A stretch of DNA of 64,000 bases from assembly GCF_009914755.1 (NCBI RefSeq), contig NC_060930.1. One strand, 5' to 3'. The DNA is from the human T2T-CHM13v2.0 reference genome, Homo sapiens. A program made the position numbers and the translations under genes. Below are positions 26,456-44,885 of this stretch, in pieces; positions within the stretch are counted from its first letter, which is position 1, and each line of letters opens with the position of its first letter. The notes below the pieces were generated by a model. That model was not told the origin of the DNA and did no database searches. It was given only the letters and a program-made list of their open reading frames with translations.

Positions 26456-28037
26456 ATAATGTGGAGGAATGTTTAACTTGTAGAAGCTGTCCTTGTCAGA
26501 GTTTATTCCTTCAACCTTAGCTTGAGCTATCATATTACCACCTTTCTCATTGCTAGTGAAAATCTGTAGTTAATATTTCTAGCAATCTTTGAGCCAAGCT
26601 TGAATTTATCCTCACTTCTTTTCTCTAGCTATCCAAGATCAAAATTACTAAGAAAAGTTCCAGGCATCAGAAATAATAAGAAATAGGTGAAACCCCCTTT
26701 TAAATTAAGAACATAGTCCAAAGATGCCATTTCTGTTATTCAACACAATTTGCAACCCTCTATGCTAGCCATTGTATTATTTTCTTTGCTCTGCCTTCTC
26801 CAGTTCCTTGCAGCTTGGTCCACCAATACCATCACCTCCAGGAAAGACAAGTTTAAAATAAATTCTGGCTTAGTTAAGAAGAGTTATTTGGATCCTTGTG
26901 GCAACCCTATGTTGGTCCATGCAATTAACTTGCTCTTGTCCAGACATGCTGAGCCACATCTTCTGGTAGTCTATATGTCTACCCTGCTTCTGAACCTCTG
27001 TTCCCCAGGACTGATGCCTCAGTTAGCACGTAGCCCAAACCACAATACTTCTCAATTTCTCTTTCCTCATGCCCATTGCTGTTATACCAGCTGCTAGGTG
27101 CCTCAGGAGGTTGCATTCTTTGTTACAAAATTATGTGTTGCTTTGCCTTCACTGTTTTTATATAGCTGTTTACCTGGTTGAATACACTCAAATCCTACCT
27201 CATTTGGTTTTTAAATGGTAGGCATTTCATAGTTATTTGATGAATGGATGAGTGAACTAATGAGAATGAGCAGTAGGAACTAGGTATCCAACACTCCAGA
27301 AGCCGTGATTTAATTAACTGAACTGCTAATCTATCTTACCTTGTGTAAACACTTGGGATCCAGGCAGATGGTAACTGTGATATCTGTGTGATATACAGTT
27401 ACTCCTCATCAACCATAAGCATTGCCTTACTTAAGCACTGCAGTTGGCAAAAATTGTAATTAACAAGTCCAAAGACTAATGAATACAGGAGACTCAGAAA
27501 AAATTAATAAAAGTGATATCATGCGTGCATGCATGTGTATATGTGTGTGTGCACCCACATACACACAGTAAATATACATTTTAAAGGGCAGACCATCATA
27601 GAACAAGCCATATTATTTACCACTTTTTCTTGCTCCAGTATCACTGTTTTCATTGTCCCAAAACAGGTAGCTAAGGTAGATTATCAATAAACAAAAATAA
27701 ATTATGTTAATTTTATGTAAGATTGTATCTCTTCTTAATATTTTAAAATTTAATCCAGCTAGATTAAAATTTAAAGGCTTTATTTTTGTTTTTGTTTTAT
27801 TCCCCTGTGATGTTCTCACAAGTCCTAATTGCTCTTTCAGCAACTACACTGCTAGACTTTACTAGACATTACGATAGGCATTAGGGATACAGCAGTGAAA
27901 ACGTTCACATCCCTACCTTTATGGAGTTCATAAACTAGAGGGACAGAGTTAACCTGCACTTAAGGAAACATTTGATTAAAAATACATTATACTACATCGT
28001 CAATCAAAGATCCCCATTAACATTTTATGAACCCAAC

Positions 28038-28740
<703 letters not shown>

Positions 28741-29149
28741 CTGTTTAGAAAAATAAAAGGAGATGGGTCATCAACAGATTAGAGATTTTAGCAAATTTAT
28801 GAAACATATAAAAGAGGTTGAAAGTGATAAATTGTGAATAAGGTCAGAGGAAACCTCCAGCCTAGTGTACAGAAAGGCTTATAGTTTAAATTCACCTGTA
28901 ATGACAATTGTAGGCAATACTTGAGACTGAAATATGCTAGATTCGATTGAGGGCAAAGTTAGACATGGGAATAAAAACAGGAGGGATAATAGAATGTCTG
29001 TATTTGGAACAGTTCACTACCCCCCACACATAGATCTTTCCAACCTCCAAGAAAAGCACACTGGAAAGCAGGCTTCTGTCCACCAAGCAGGAGGGGACTT
29101 TTCTAAAGAAGTTTAAGAGAAACTTGAATGTAGAGTTCCCTTGGTCTCT

Positions 29150-30430
<1,281 letters not shown>

Positions 30431-30839
30431 GAGGTAATTAATATGTCCAATCATATGTAATGGTTAAATAAATCAAGGCCCATCCACAGAGCCTGATAAA
30501 TGTCTTACAAGACTATTTGTTGACACGCCCATAATATCTTAAGTAATAAAAGCAGTTTACAAGATAATGATTTGCCAGTAAGTATACTGAGTGTGTGTGT
30601 ATGTCTATGTGTGTGCATGTATACTATATATCTCTCTCTATATATATATGTTTTAATGCATAGAAAAATTCTAGAGGATTGTATACTACAACTTAAATAT
30701 TACTCATATTTTTTCTCTGGAATTACAAGTGCTTTTTTAACACCTGAATTCCCCCTCCCCATGACCGTATATTATTTTTATGATAAAGATACAAAGACAC
30801 ATCTGGTGATGGTGTTTCGGTTTGCTTTTAAGTAGCCTG

Positions 30840-32150
30840 CACATGCTGCCTCCACTTGCTCACTTTTTAAAATTTACTCCTAAACCCTCTGCAATCTATT
30901 TCTATCCCCAAGTCTTCATAAAAATTACTCTCCACTGAGGTCACAAATGGTTTCCTAGTAGCAAAATCCATTGGATACCCTTCTGTCTTTATTATTCAAC
31001 CTTCCCACGCTATTTGATCTTCTTAATTATTCTCCTCTTCTTAAATTCTCTCTTCTTTTGGCTTCCTTCACAGCAAACACTCTAGCTTCCTTCCCATCAC
31101 TCTGCATCCCTCCTCTTTTCTGGGATTCCCTCCTTTGTCCCACCTTTCAGTTGTTGGTGTTGCCAGCACTGTTTCCTTGGCCTTTGGCTATTCACTCCAC
31201 TCTTCTCCTGAGTAACCCCATGCATTCCTATGAGCTGAACTACCATGTGTATTCTGTTGACTCTGTCATCTGTATTTCCAGTTCAGATGTGTGGTCTCAA
31301 AGCCCAATGTCAAATCCCAAACATATATGTTCACTTGATTGTGTGAAACTGGATTTATTACATTCCTCCTTGCCTCCACCCTGACCTGACTCTTCTATAT
31401 TTTCTGTCTCAGTTTTTCATACCATTACTCAAACAAAAACTCTCTATCTGAATTTCTCCCACTGATTCATTCTACATGAGGCCAGTATAATAATGTCACC
31501 CTTATTTCCCTTGCATTGGCTGCTTCTAACCATTTCTAATGCTATTGCTTTTCTGTACTCTTGCCTACAGTGATGCACTAACTTCTGAGTGCAGAAGTTA
31601 TTCTGCACTCCCCTGGCTCCAGTCCTAACTCCTGTATACCTCCCCCAACACCCCAACACACATAAGGCTGCTAGAGTGACCTTCTTAAAATGCAAATATT
31701 CCCTAATGTTTCTCAATTGCCATAAAAAAAATCTCATCACATAAAAGGCTTTGTGGTTTGATCCTTCTCTTCAGTCAAGACTCATAATTTTTGTCATCTA
31801 GAGTCTGAATTTCTCTGTGAACACTTTGCTTCTAATAGAAAAGATCTTCTTTCCTATATACCTTCTCCACTTGGTTCCTCTTACATCTCCCCAGAATCAG
31901 CATGAGCACTTCCTCAGGACATCTTTCAGAATCTCTCCAAGTTATCACTTTGTTTATTTGTAAGTTTCTTCTATCAGATTGTGAAGTTTTCATGGAACAA
32001 CCTACATTTTTATTTCTGTTAGATTGAATAGTATAACATTATTCTTTTTAGGCTTAAAAATGGTCAGGTCATATAATAACAATTTCATGTAATACAACTT
32101 GATGTGTTCCAGCACTTAACATAATACCTGGCACTTAATAAATTTTGGAT
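30840..32150 (+). mobile_element. L2 relic
   Basis: GAGGTCACAAATGG...GCAAAATCCATTGG, GCTAGAGTGACCTTCTTAAAATGCAAA, and a CCTGGCACTTAATAAAT tail. Confidence 0.7.
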
Positions 32151-33169
32151 AACGTGTTGTTGAAAGAACAAATAGAATTTACCAAAAAAGGCAGGATCAG
32201 GAGAGGAATTACTCTTGACACCTGGGTTTGAGATTTATCCACCCAATTTTGGAATAAAAAAATAAAGGCTTCATTATTATAAGATTTAAAAATTAGCATT
32301 TTAAGATCAGAAATGAAATTGTTAGTATTTAAGTCAGTGAAGTATATTAAATTAATGATTCCAGCTATATAATTGCTTTTGAAGCTCAATCGCAAAATCA
32401 CTCTAATCCAAGAAAGGAATCATTAGTTGGAAAATTGGACTCATTATAAATCAAACAAAAAATGTGCTTAAGCTCTTAATATCTAAATTACAGAGAGCTT
32501 TCTTTTTTTACGTGATCCATATGAAGAGACCTATTTTATATGGAAAAGAGAAATAATTTGCTATTGAATATTCTGTCTTCTGCCTCTCTGTAGTTAATTT
32601 TCAGCTAACAGTATGTGGTAAAATCAAATGCTTTTTTAGTCATTCTTGGTTTATATGGATGTTTAAAAGAAGGCTGCCCACTGAATTGGGCATTAAAAAA
32701 CATTGATTGAACATGGTGAAATCGATTGGAACTTTTAGTGCTTTACTTGTGTTTGTTTCCTGCTAACTTTCGAATGTCTGGACTGATTTTGATCAAATTT
32801 CCTACACTATAATTTTACATATCGAGATTAAGGCCAATGTTGAGAGAAATTTTAAGTATGCAAGATTTGTTTTCAGAAAAGTCCTACCCTTCAGTTGAGA
32901 CTAGAACATTTATTGTCTAGGTCACAAAGTGGATCTAATATGTCCTAGATAGCCTTATACCCTTATCTTCTCCATTTTCCTTCTGTAGGGTGTCCCTTTT
33001 CCTTCCATCATGGAATCAGATGCATTTCTAATAAGAAATTGAAAGATCTTACTTCTGATATAGGAAACATCAGCATCAATGATAAGAGAAAGATATATTT
33101 ATAGAAGCAGGCAGGCGTTCCCACTATCCCAGAAAGCACTTCAATTTCCATCTTACCCTGTAAAATACA

Positions 33170-33360
33170 GCACGGTATTACTTGTGAAAATATAGGAAGC
33201 TAATTTAACCTCTTTTGGGCTTCTATTTTATCATCTGAGAATGTATTAAAATCCTATCTACCTTGAAAATGTTGGTATTATGTAAGAAACTACATGTATA
33301 TCTCATAACACAGTGCCTGACATATAGTTAGTGCTTGATAACTGTTTGCTATTGATATTA
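33170..33360 (+). mobile_element. MIR
   Basis: TTTAACCTCT...TCATCTG...CAGTGCCTGACATATAGTTAGTGCTTGATAA. Confidence 0.65.
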
Positions 33361-33419
33361 TATATCCCCCAAACAGATGATGTCTAGCAAGCAGAGCTTC
33401 CACATTCTATCTACCAAAG

Positions 33420-34160
33420 TCTTTTTTATAAAATTATTTTCAAATAATGGATACACAGGATGTCACAAAAAATTATGTAGGTTTATCCTGTGTACTCTTC
33501 ATGCAAATTGCCCCAGTGGTTACATCTTGCAAAACTCTAGTATAATATCAAATCTAGAAAACTGACATTGGTGCAATCTATAAAGTATATTTAGTTTTGT
33601 TTTTTTTTTTGTTTTGTTTTTTTTTTTTTTTTTTGAGACGGAGTCTCGCTCTGTCGCCCAGGCTGGAGTGCAGTGGCGTGATCTCGGCCCACTGAAAGCT
33701 CCGCCTCCCAGGTTCACTCCATTCTCCTGCCTCAGCCTCCAGAGTAGCTAGGACTACAGGCGCCCGCCACCACGCCCGGCTAATTTTCTTGTATTTTTAG
33801 TAGAGAAGGAGTTTCACGGTGTTAGCCAAGATGGTCTCTATCTCCTGACCTCATGATGCACACGCCTCGGCCTCCCAAAGTGCTGAGATTACAGGCGTGA
33901 GCCACCGCGCCTGGCCATACTTTTTGTTTCTCTGATATAAATGTTCAAGAGTGCAATGATTACATTATAACACATATGCCTGTTTAGTTTTGTAAGGAAC
34001 TGCCAAACTATTTTCCAAAGTAGCTGTGCCATTTTCCTTTCCTACCAGCGATATACGAGCAATCAGTTTCTCTGCATCCTTGGCAAGATTTGGTATTATC
34101 TCTATATTTCATTTTAGCCTTTCTGATAGGTGTGCAGTGAGATCTCATTGTGGTTTTGTA
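33420..34160 (-). mobile_element. L1MC1-like 3' region interrupted by an AluY
   Basis: CCCCAGTGGTTACATCTTGCAAAACTCTAGTATAATATCA and AACTGCCAAACTATTTTCCA...CAGTTTCTCTGCATCCT. Confidence 0.75.
33595..33916 (-). mobile_element. AluY without a recognisable TSD
   Basis: Y diagnostics, CpG-rich, long T tail. Confidence 0.93.
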
Positions 34161-34169
34161 CACTTCAGT

Positions 34170-37925
<3,756 letters not shown>

Positions 37926-37934
37926 GATAGAGTG

Positions 37935-38560
37935 AATTTCTCTTGTTATGGTTTTAAATTGCATTTTCCTAATTGCTAGTGAGGTAACACATCTTTTTAT
38001 GTACTTATTTGCCATCTGTATATCCTCTTTGGTGAAACACTTCATCAGGTTGTTTGCCAGTTTTCCCTTTTTTTTTTTTTTCTTTTTTTTGAGTTAGGAT
38101 CTCGTTCTGTCATACAGGCTGGAGTGCAGTAGCGTGATCATAGCTGACTGCAGCTTTGAACTCCTCGGCTCAAGCAATTCTCTCCCCTCATCCTCCCAAG
38201 TAACTGGGACTAGAGGCACATGCCACCATGCCTGGCTAATTTTTTTATTTTTTGTACACAGGGTATTGCAATATTGTGCAGGCTGATCTTGAACTCATAG
38301 CCTCAGGTGATCTTCCTACCTCGGCCTCCCAAAGTGATGGGATTACAAGCATGAGCCATTCCATCCACCCTGATTTTCTAATCAGTTCATTTAGTTGTTT
38401 TCTTTTTCTTTTACTGTTGAGTTCAGATGGTCCTTTGTATTTTCTGGACACAAGTCTTTTGTCAGGTATATGGTTTGCAAATATTTTCTTTTAGTCTGTG
38501 GCTTGATTTTCATTCTCTTAATAGAGCCTCAAGAGAAAAAGTTTTAAATTTTGATGAAGG
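37935..38560 (-). mobile_element. L1MC1-like ORF2 3' piece containing an AluJ
   Basis: TGGTTTTAAATTGCATTTTCC...TTTGCCATCTGTATATCCTCTTTGGTGAAA...TTTGCAAATATTTTCT. Confidence 0.8.
38068..38371 (-). mobile_element. AluJ
   Basis: J diagnostics (ATCATAGCTGACTGCAGC..GAACTCCT.GGCTCAAGC). Confidence 0.92.
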
Positions 38561-38719
38561 TAATTTCTTAACAGCTTTGAATACTCAGACTATTAAAAAG
38601 TTCTCCTACAAAAGTGCCTTAATTGAACACATGGCAGAAAGAATTGTTAGAGATGTTTATAATGCCCTGAGAAGGCTCTGGATCATAAAATAGTCATTAA
38701 GTGACCATTCCCCTAAAAG

Positions 38720-38870
38720 AGAGCATGGGCTGTGAGATAGGTTTTCTGAGATATCTATTACTTACTAGCTGTGTGACCTTAACAAATTACTTAACTTATT
38801 TGGATCTCAATTTTTTCATCTTTGAAAAAGGAATGATAATTGTAACAACTATATCATTATTATAAGTTAG
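38720..38870 (+). mobile_element. MIR
   Basis: CTTACTAGCTGTGTGACCTTAACAAATTACTTAAC. Confidence 0.75.
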
Positions 38871-40935
38871 AATTTTAAAACATGTATTAATTTTTCCAGA
38901 GAACATTAAAATTGTTTTTCAGAGTTGAAAACACAGCTGATTGAAATTTGAATATAAATGTTTTTAAAATTTAAATTAATTCTGTAATTTTTCACTTTAA
39001 AGATATTCTAATCTCCCCTCAGAATTGGTTATGCCACTCCATTGATTCAAGTTTTCTTTTATATTTTTTAGTAAATCATTATACTTTTTGTAATACATGT
39101 TCCATGTATTTTCATTAAATTTGATTTTAGGGATTTTATATTCTTTAGATTTTCTCATAAATGAGACCTGTCTCAAAAAGCTGATCATTCGTTCCAGTGA
39201 AAATGTAACACTGCCCTATGAAATAAGCCTCCATAAGACAGAATTCCCTAAGAGGAAGATGATTACTGGTTGTCTCCATTCGGTGTACTAGGATCTTGAC
39301 TATAATAATGAGAAAAGATGTACCATTTCAGGTAGCTCCATGCAATATACCCAGAAGTACTGTTTAACTCAAAAATACATGAAGCCAATTAATGCCTTCA
39401 GACTATTTGAACTCTCTACTGTAAGGATTACTATATGCAATGTGTTCTATATATGTACATGTAATAATCTTTTTTTGAATATATATTGGTTTGAGCTATC
39501 TGTCTCTAAATCTTCCTCACTGAGAAACTAGTGATGACACTTAGTGTGGCTAAGAGGATAATCTCTTTGCTTGTCCTGACTATATTCTCTATTTTGTGTG
39601 TGGTAGGCTGTTCATTTCTAGGTGCACATTACAGTTTTAATCTCTGCATGTGCATTTGGCTCTATGCAAAGGATTGACTACATTATACAGCAATTATGAC
39701 TACCTTGACAATCTGCCTTCTGCTTTTCTGCTTCTAATCTGCCTGGATTCTTTTGGTGTGGCTTCCCTGTTTTTCTTCTTGCAGTTGCTGCTCCAGGATG
39801 CTATAACATTTTGGAGGACTGTTAGCACCAGCTTGAGGTTCAACCAGGTACCTCCATTTTTGTGATGCCATAAATCTTTCTCTGTGTTCATTTGAACATC
39901 CTCCCTTGAAATAGCTGTTCATATAAACATTTAATTATTTTACGTTCAAGATAGTGAGAGTGGGACTACACTGGCCTTATTTACTGAAAAATCTATTAGA
40001 GAGTAATTACTGAATAATTATTAAACTATTTAATAATCAATCATTGAATGAGCTTTCTTTTCTCTACTGAAATAATAAGTAAATAATAAATACTATCTAC
40101 TAACATATAATAGGATTTCATTTGGGGGTTGATACGTATCATTGTGAATTTTCTAGTAATCCATTTAAAAAGTAAAAAGAAACAGGAAAAAATAATTTTT
40201 GACATATGTTTTACTTACCCATTTTAGGTTCCCAAGAAAGATAATAAAATTGGTCTCATTTGACCCCATTTGAGTAGAATGTTTCATGCCAGTCCATTTA
40301 GCAAACAACTGCTTCTATACAAAAAATTTATCTCTGGGTCAGCTACTACCATTCCAGTCCGGTATATACTATTTCTTCAGGTTCTACCAGTCACTGGGGA
40401 GGAAATTTTATTTCATATTGCAGGATGCATGAATCGGTACTTGTTCTTTTTTATATCTAATGATATTTTGCATTAAAATGTAGTTAAGCTCAGATGAAAG
40501 GGAAATAAATCCATGTGAATAACTGTGATTGGTCCATTACCTGGATTTCAGGGTTCCATTTTCCATCCTGAGATAAATAAAGGAATTGTTGGGGATAACT
40601 GTGATATCCACCCTGGCAATTGCTTTACATTATTGCATCATAATGCTCCCAATGCATGGAGAAAGAAGGTACTGATAGATTTGAGAATATAATTGATTTG
40701 TATCTTTAGTTTCTACCAGAAACATATTTTTCACTATTTATTTCTTTTCATGATAACTCAAAGAAGGGATTTCTCAGCACCAACACTCATGCTGTCATTA
40801 TCCTAGAACTCTTTTGTTTTGCTGACTTGCTGGGGAATCCAACATCTCTCTATATTTCAAAGGTGAACAACAACAAAAACTGTATGCAGAATTCTTGAGA
40901 AGTAAATTTGCCTTACCAATCCAAGAGCAAAGTAG

Positions 40936-41253
<318 letters not shown>

Positions 41254-41737
41254 AGAAAACATCCTTAATTGTACTTCAAAAATTAAATTACGACAAAAAC
41301 CTAATGTGTGCTATCAGATTAAACAGATTTATTTTTATGGAAGTGTTGTATATGTTATATATTTTAGTTTAGTTTAATTTATCCACAATAAAGAATTTGA
41401 TCAAGAAATATCAAGCACAGCAACGCGTCTGAGAATTTGTACTGCCATTGCTTGCCGGGCTTCCTATTCATTTTGGGTTGTTTTCCATTACAAGGTCCAC
41501 AGAAAAGGAGGGTCCAGGCAAGTAACTATCATGCTTAAATATCAGTCATTTAAAAATGATAATCAGATTAAGGTAATTGTAAAGGGATATGACTGCCAAA
41601 TTATGAATTTTAAATTTCTTAAAAATACTTGGCTATTTAAAATTAATTTGCTTATTTTAAAATAACATTATATTTTAGAGAACAATAAAATAAATTAAAA
41701 GCATCCAACAATATGATCTTATAATTGGCAAGATAAG

Positions 41738-41830
41738 TAGAATCATCCGTCAGTGTCTGTTGGGGATTCAGTTCAGGACGCCCATAGATACCAAAATCTG
41801 AGGATGCTCAAGTTCGTTAAATGAAATGTC
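41738..41830 (+). mobile_element. MER2 (TcMar-Tigger) fragment
   Basis: GGGGATTCAGTTCAGGAC...GATACCAAAATCTGAGGATGCTCAAGT. Confidence 0.7.
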
Positions 41831-42523
41831 ATGCCCAGTCCCCTTCCCCTGCGTGCTTCTCAGATCCCCAGAGGATGTGTGCCAATATTATATCCCTCAG
41901 TCAGGAGAGAGAGCAATCCTCAGGAGAAGCTAAACTACCCTAGAGAAAAGACCAACAAATCCAAACATTTCAGAATCCCCATTATAACGTTTACTGGTCT
42001 ATGATCCCATCCTTAAACAAAAACCTTGTAATTAGCTCTCTTATATACAATCAAACATCTCAGTATCACCAGACACTTCTTAAGTTGATAAACACACACA
42101 CATGTGAACACACACACACACACACACACAAACACATGTATATAGATATATGTCCAAACTGTTGGAGAGTAACTCAGCTAACGCTGCCCCGCAGATATGA
42201 TTCCCATTCTCTGATTACCCTTCCTGACATCCTCAAGTTACCCATGATTTCACTACTTAGGTTTTGGATTTTTGGCTTTCTCTGGAATTTGTCAGTGTTT
42301 CTGAATATAAAACCACTACTCACCCCAGTGCTTGTGAAGACGCATGCCTTTAGACCACCCATAAAACTCAACCCAGAATCACCTGTCTTTATCAGTGGAG
42401 GTAACAGCAACAGAGGTAAGGGGTGCATTTAGTCATCCAGGGGCTCCTGAAGATAGGTTATTATTGCACAATAATACAGACAATGGTGTTGGGGCCAGAA
42501 TTAAGTCATCAGGAACATTCTCT

Positions 42524-42608
42524 ATTCTCTCTATAATCTATTATAAGTTATAATACATTCTCTCTATAATCTATTTCAGATCATAATAGATTCTCTCTAT
42601 AATCTATT
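42524..42608. repeat. 33-bp-period repeat: ATTCTCTCTATAATCTATT x3 with 14-bp variable spacers
   Basis: Exact 19-mers at 42524, 42557 and 42590. Confidence 0.92.
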
Positions 42609-43196
42609 CCCAAGGATATTTGGGCATAAAATACTGATAAAAAGAGAGCCTGGAACCTGGAAGAACTGAGACAGAACACCATCTACAACTCACCAAAAGG
42701 AATATGCATCAAAAGAAATATGGAATTAGGCTCCATTTTTAATTAGAAACATCTTTAATCTGAATATGAACATTCTTCCAGTCAGTAGCTGAGGTTGCAA
42801 ATGGCAAAAGTGATTTGGGCCTGCAGTCTGCACACTGCTGCTGTTGTCCTCTCCCTACAGAAGAGTGGGCCTGTTTGGGACATTACCTTTTTCTAACCCA
42901 GACGTTAAGGTTGTCTTTTTCATTGTAGTTTCTGGAAAAAGTTATCTCAAACCTTCCTGGGTTGAGACTATTTCTGTGGATGTTTGGGAAGAAATCTGAG
43001 AAAATTTTGATTTGAGGGTACTGATTAAAGCTTATCCATCTCACCGGTGGTCAGAGAAACTTGATTTATTTTCTTGTATTGAATGCACTTCATGTATAAG
43101 ACAACTTTCTGGAAAGTGAAATTTGTTATATTTTGGCTTTTGACGGGTGAAATATAAATAAATCTCATAATGAATTTAAAAAAACAAAACAAACAT

Positions 43197-43883
43197 TACT
43201 ACCAACAGCTAACAGGCCCAAGTGGAACTGACTGAGAAGATGAGAAAACAATGTCGTGGGGGTGCACTCACCCTGAGCCACCAAGTCCCCTAGGTGATCA
43301 CCACCATTTCTGCCAAAAGCCTGGCTGCCTGCCAGAAGTATGAGGATCTGCACTTAAGTGCTTCTTGGGACCATAGCTGCCAAGCCAGTCCTGCACATCT
43401 GGAAGCCCATCCTGGGTGAGGGAGGGCTGTCCTGAGGCCATGCTGCTGCGTAGGGAATGCAAATGCTACAATGTGGTTCTGACAAGCAAGGTGGCGACCT
43501 CCAGCTCCAGCGTCACCAACCAGCACAAATGAGGCAAGGGCTGCAGTGATCAGCCACCAGAGGGCCGGGTGCATGTTCTGCTTGCCCCAGAAGTTGAAAC
43601 TGTATCAGAGGCAGGTGTCCCACCTGAATGCCCAGAAGGAGTGTTTCTCACACTTCTGGGCCTGATGCCAGCACTGCCAGGGGAGGCTGCACACACTAGA
43701 AGGTAATTGACGCCAGCCATGACTGCTGTATCTTTTCCATGAGCAAGAAGATGAGGACCTTCTGGAGCACGAGGGCAGCTTCTGAGATGCTCAGAGGCCT
43801 AGTGACTCCTGCCAGCATCCCAGCAAGGGCATGGGGAGGGGTGGGAGAAGAATTAATAAACTTTGGGCCTTTAAAAAAAAAAA
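43197..43883 (+). pseudogene. POLD1: Processed pseudogene of POLD1 (C-terminal ~210 codons plus 3'UTR and poly(A))
   Basis: Colinear manual translations compared with recalled POLD1. From 43213: QAQVELTEKMRK...VP*VI...KYED vs QAHVELAERMRK...VPYVI...KSED. From 43379: AKPVLHIWKPILGEG vs AKPLLRIFEPILGEG. From 43600: LYQRQVSHLNAQKECFSHFWA*CQHCQGRLH vs [31 protein letters not shown]. Then DCCIFSMSKKM vs DCPIFYMRKKV, and GAGGCCTAGTGA = EAW-stop. AATAAA at 43855 and A11 at 43873-43883. No introns, several stops and frameshifts. Confidence 0.93.
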
Positions 43884-44203
43884 TAGTTACTCCTTCTCTC
43901 CATATCCCATCTGGTGGAGGAGAGTAAAGAGGGCCGTTGTCATCAGTTAGCATTTTTAAATCGATCCTCCTTCTTCTCGCACAAGAAATGTATGCAGTAT
44001 TAAGAAGCCAGTATCTTCACACCTCTTTGATAGCTCCAAAGCAAATGTACACCAACTCAATTGCCTCCTTGCTGAATTCGGCAGGAAGCCCAGTATCTTT
44101 CCAATCTAAGCTAATGGCCTCTACTCCCTGAAATGTCCCAAAATCTAAGATCTTATGCAGACACAAAAAGAAATCCGTCCAATGACCATTTCTAATTCTC
44201 ACC

Positions 44204-44240
44204 TGCATTTGGGTTCTCCAGAGGGACAGAACCAATAAAA

Positions 44241-44287
<47 letters not shown>

Positions 44288-44288
44288 A

Positions 44289-44358
<70 letters not shown>

Positions 44359-44885
44359 AGATAGTTTACTGGGGAGAACTGGTTTACACAGTCACGAGGC
44401 AAAGTCCCACAATAGACCATCTGCAAGCTGGGAAAGAGAGAAGCCTATAGCGCAGGTCAGTCCAAGTCCAAAAGCCTCAAAACTAGGAAAGCTGACAGTG
44501 CAGCCCTCAGTCTGAGTCCAAGGCCCGAGAGCCTACAGGAGGCCTCTGGTGAAGTCCCAGAGTCCAAAGACCAAAGAACCTGGAGTCTGATGTCCAAGGG
44601 CAGGAAGAGAGGAAGCAAGAGTCCCGCTCGTAAAGAGGGAAACAGAGCAAGAAGTCTCAGCAAGTTGCTTATCCTCTCTTTTTTGCCTGCTCTGTTCTAG
44701 TGGCCCTGGCAGCTATTGGATGGCACCCACCCACACTGAGGGTGAATCTTCCTCTACCAGTCTGCTGACTCAAATGTCAGTCTCCCCTGGCAACACCCTC
44801 ACAGACACACCCAGAAACAGTACTTCACCAACCGTCTAGGCATCCCTCAATTCAGTCAAGCTGACACCTGATATTAATCATCACA
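44204..44885 (-). mobile_element. MLT2 (ERVL) solo LTR, MLT2A2/B1-like
   Basis: GGGTTCTCCAGAGGGACAGAAC...CAACACCCTCACAGACACACCCAGAAAC...ATCACA. TSD TCACC/TCGCC. Confidence 0.92.
44241..44354. repeat. (TATATG)7 TATATA (TATATG)11 hexanucleotide STR
   Basis: Units counted directly. Confidence 0.97.

Noticed and set aside
41377-41664. ~95-codon stop-free plus frame (FIHNKEFDQEISSTATRL...) with a GC-type donor-like site
   Set aside because: No early start codon, no recognised homology and weak splice signals.
42524-42608. CRISPR-like repeat-spacer array
   Set aside because: Primate DNA, only three repeats, 14-bp spacers related to each other, and no cas genes. Kept only as a structural oddity.
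43165-43953. Minus-strand ORFs of 62-94 aa, one with a signal-peptide-like start
   Set aside because: Antisense shadows of the GC-rich POLD1 pseudogene, with no independent support.
44199-44450. MYMYMY and IHIHIH ORFs
   Set aside because: Translations of the (TATATG)n STR.
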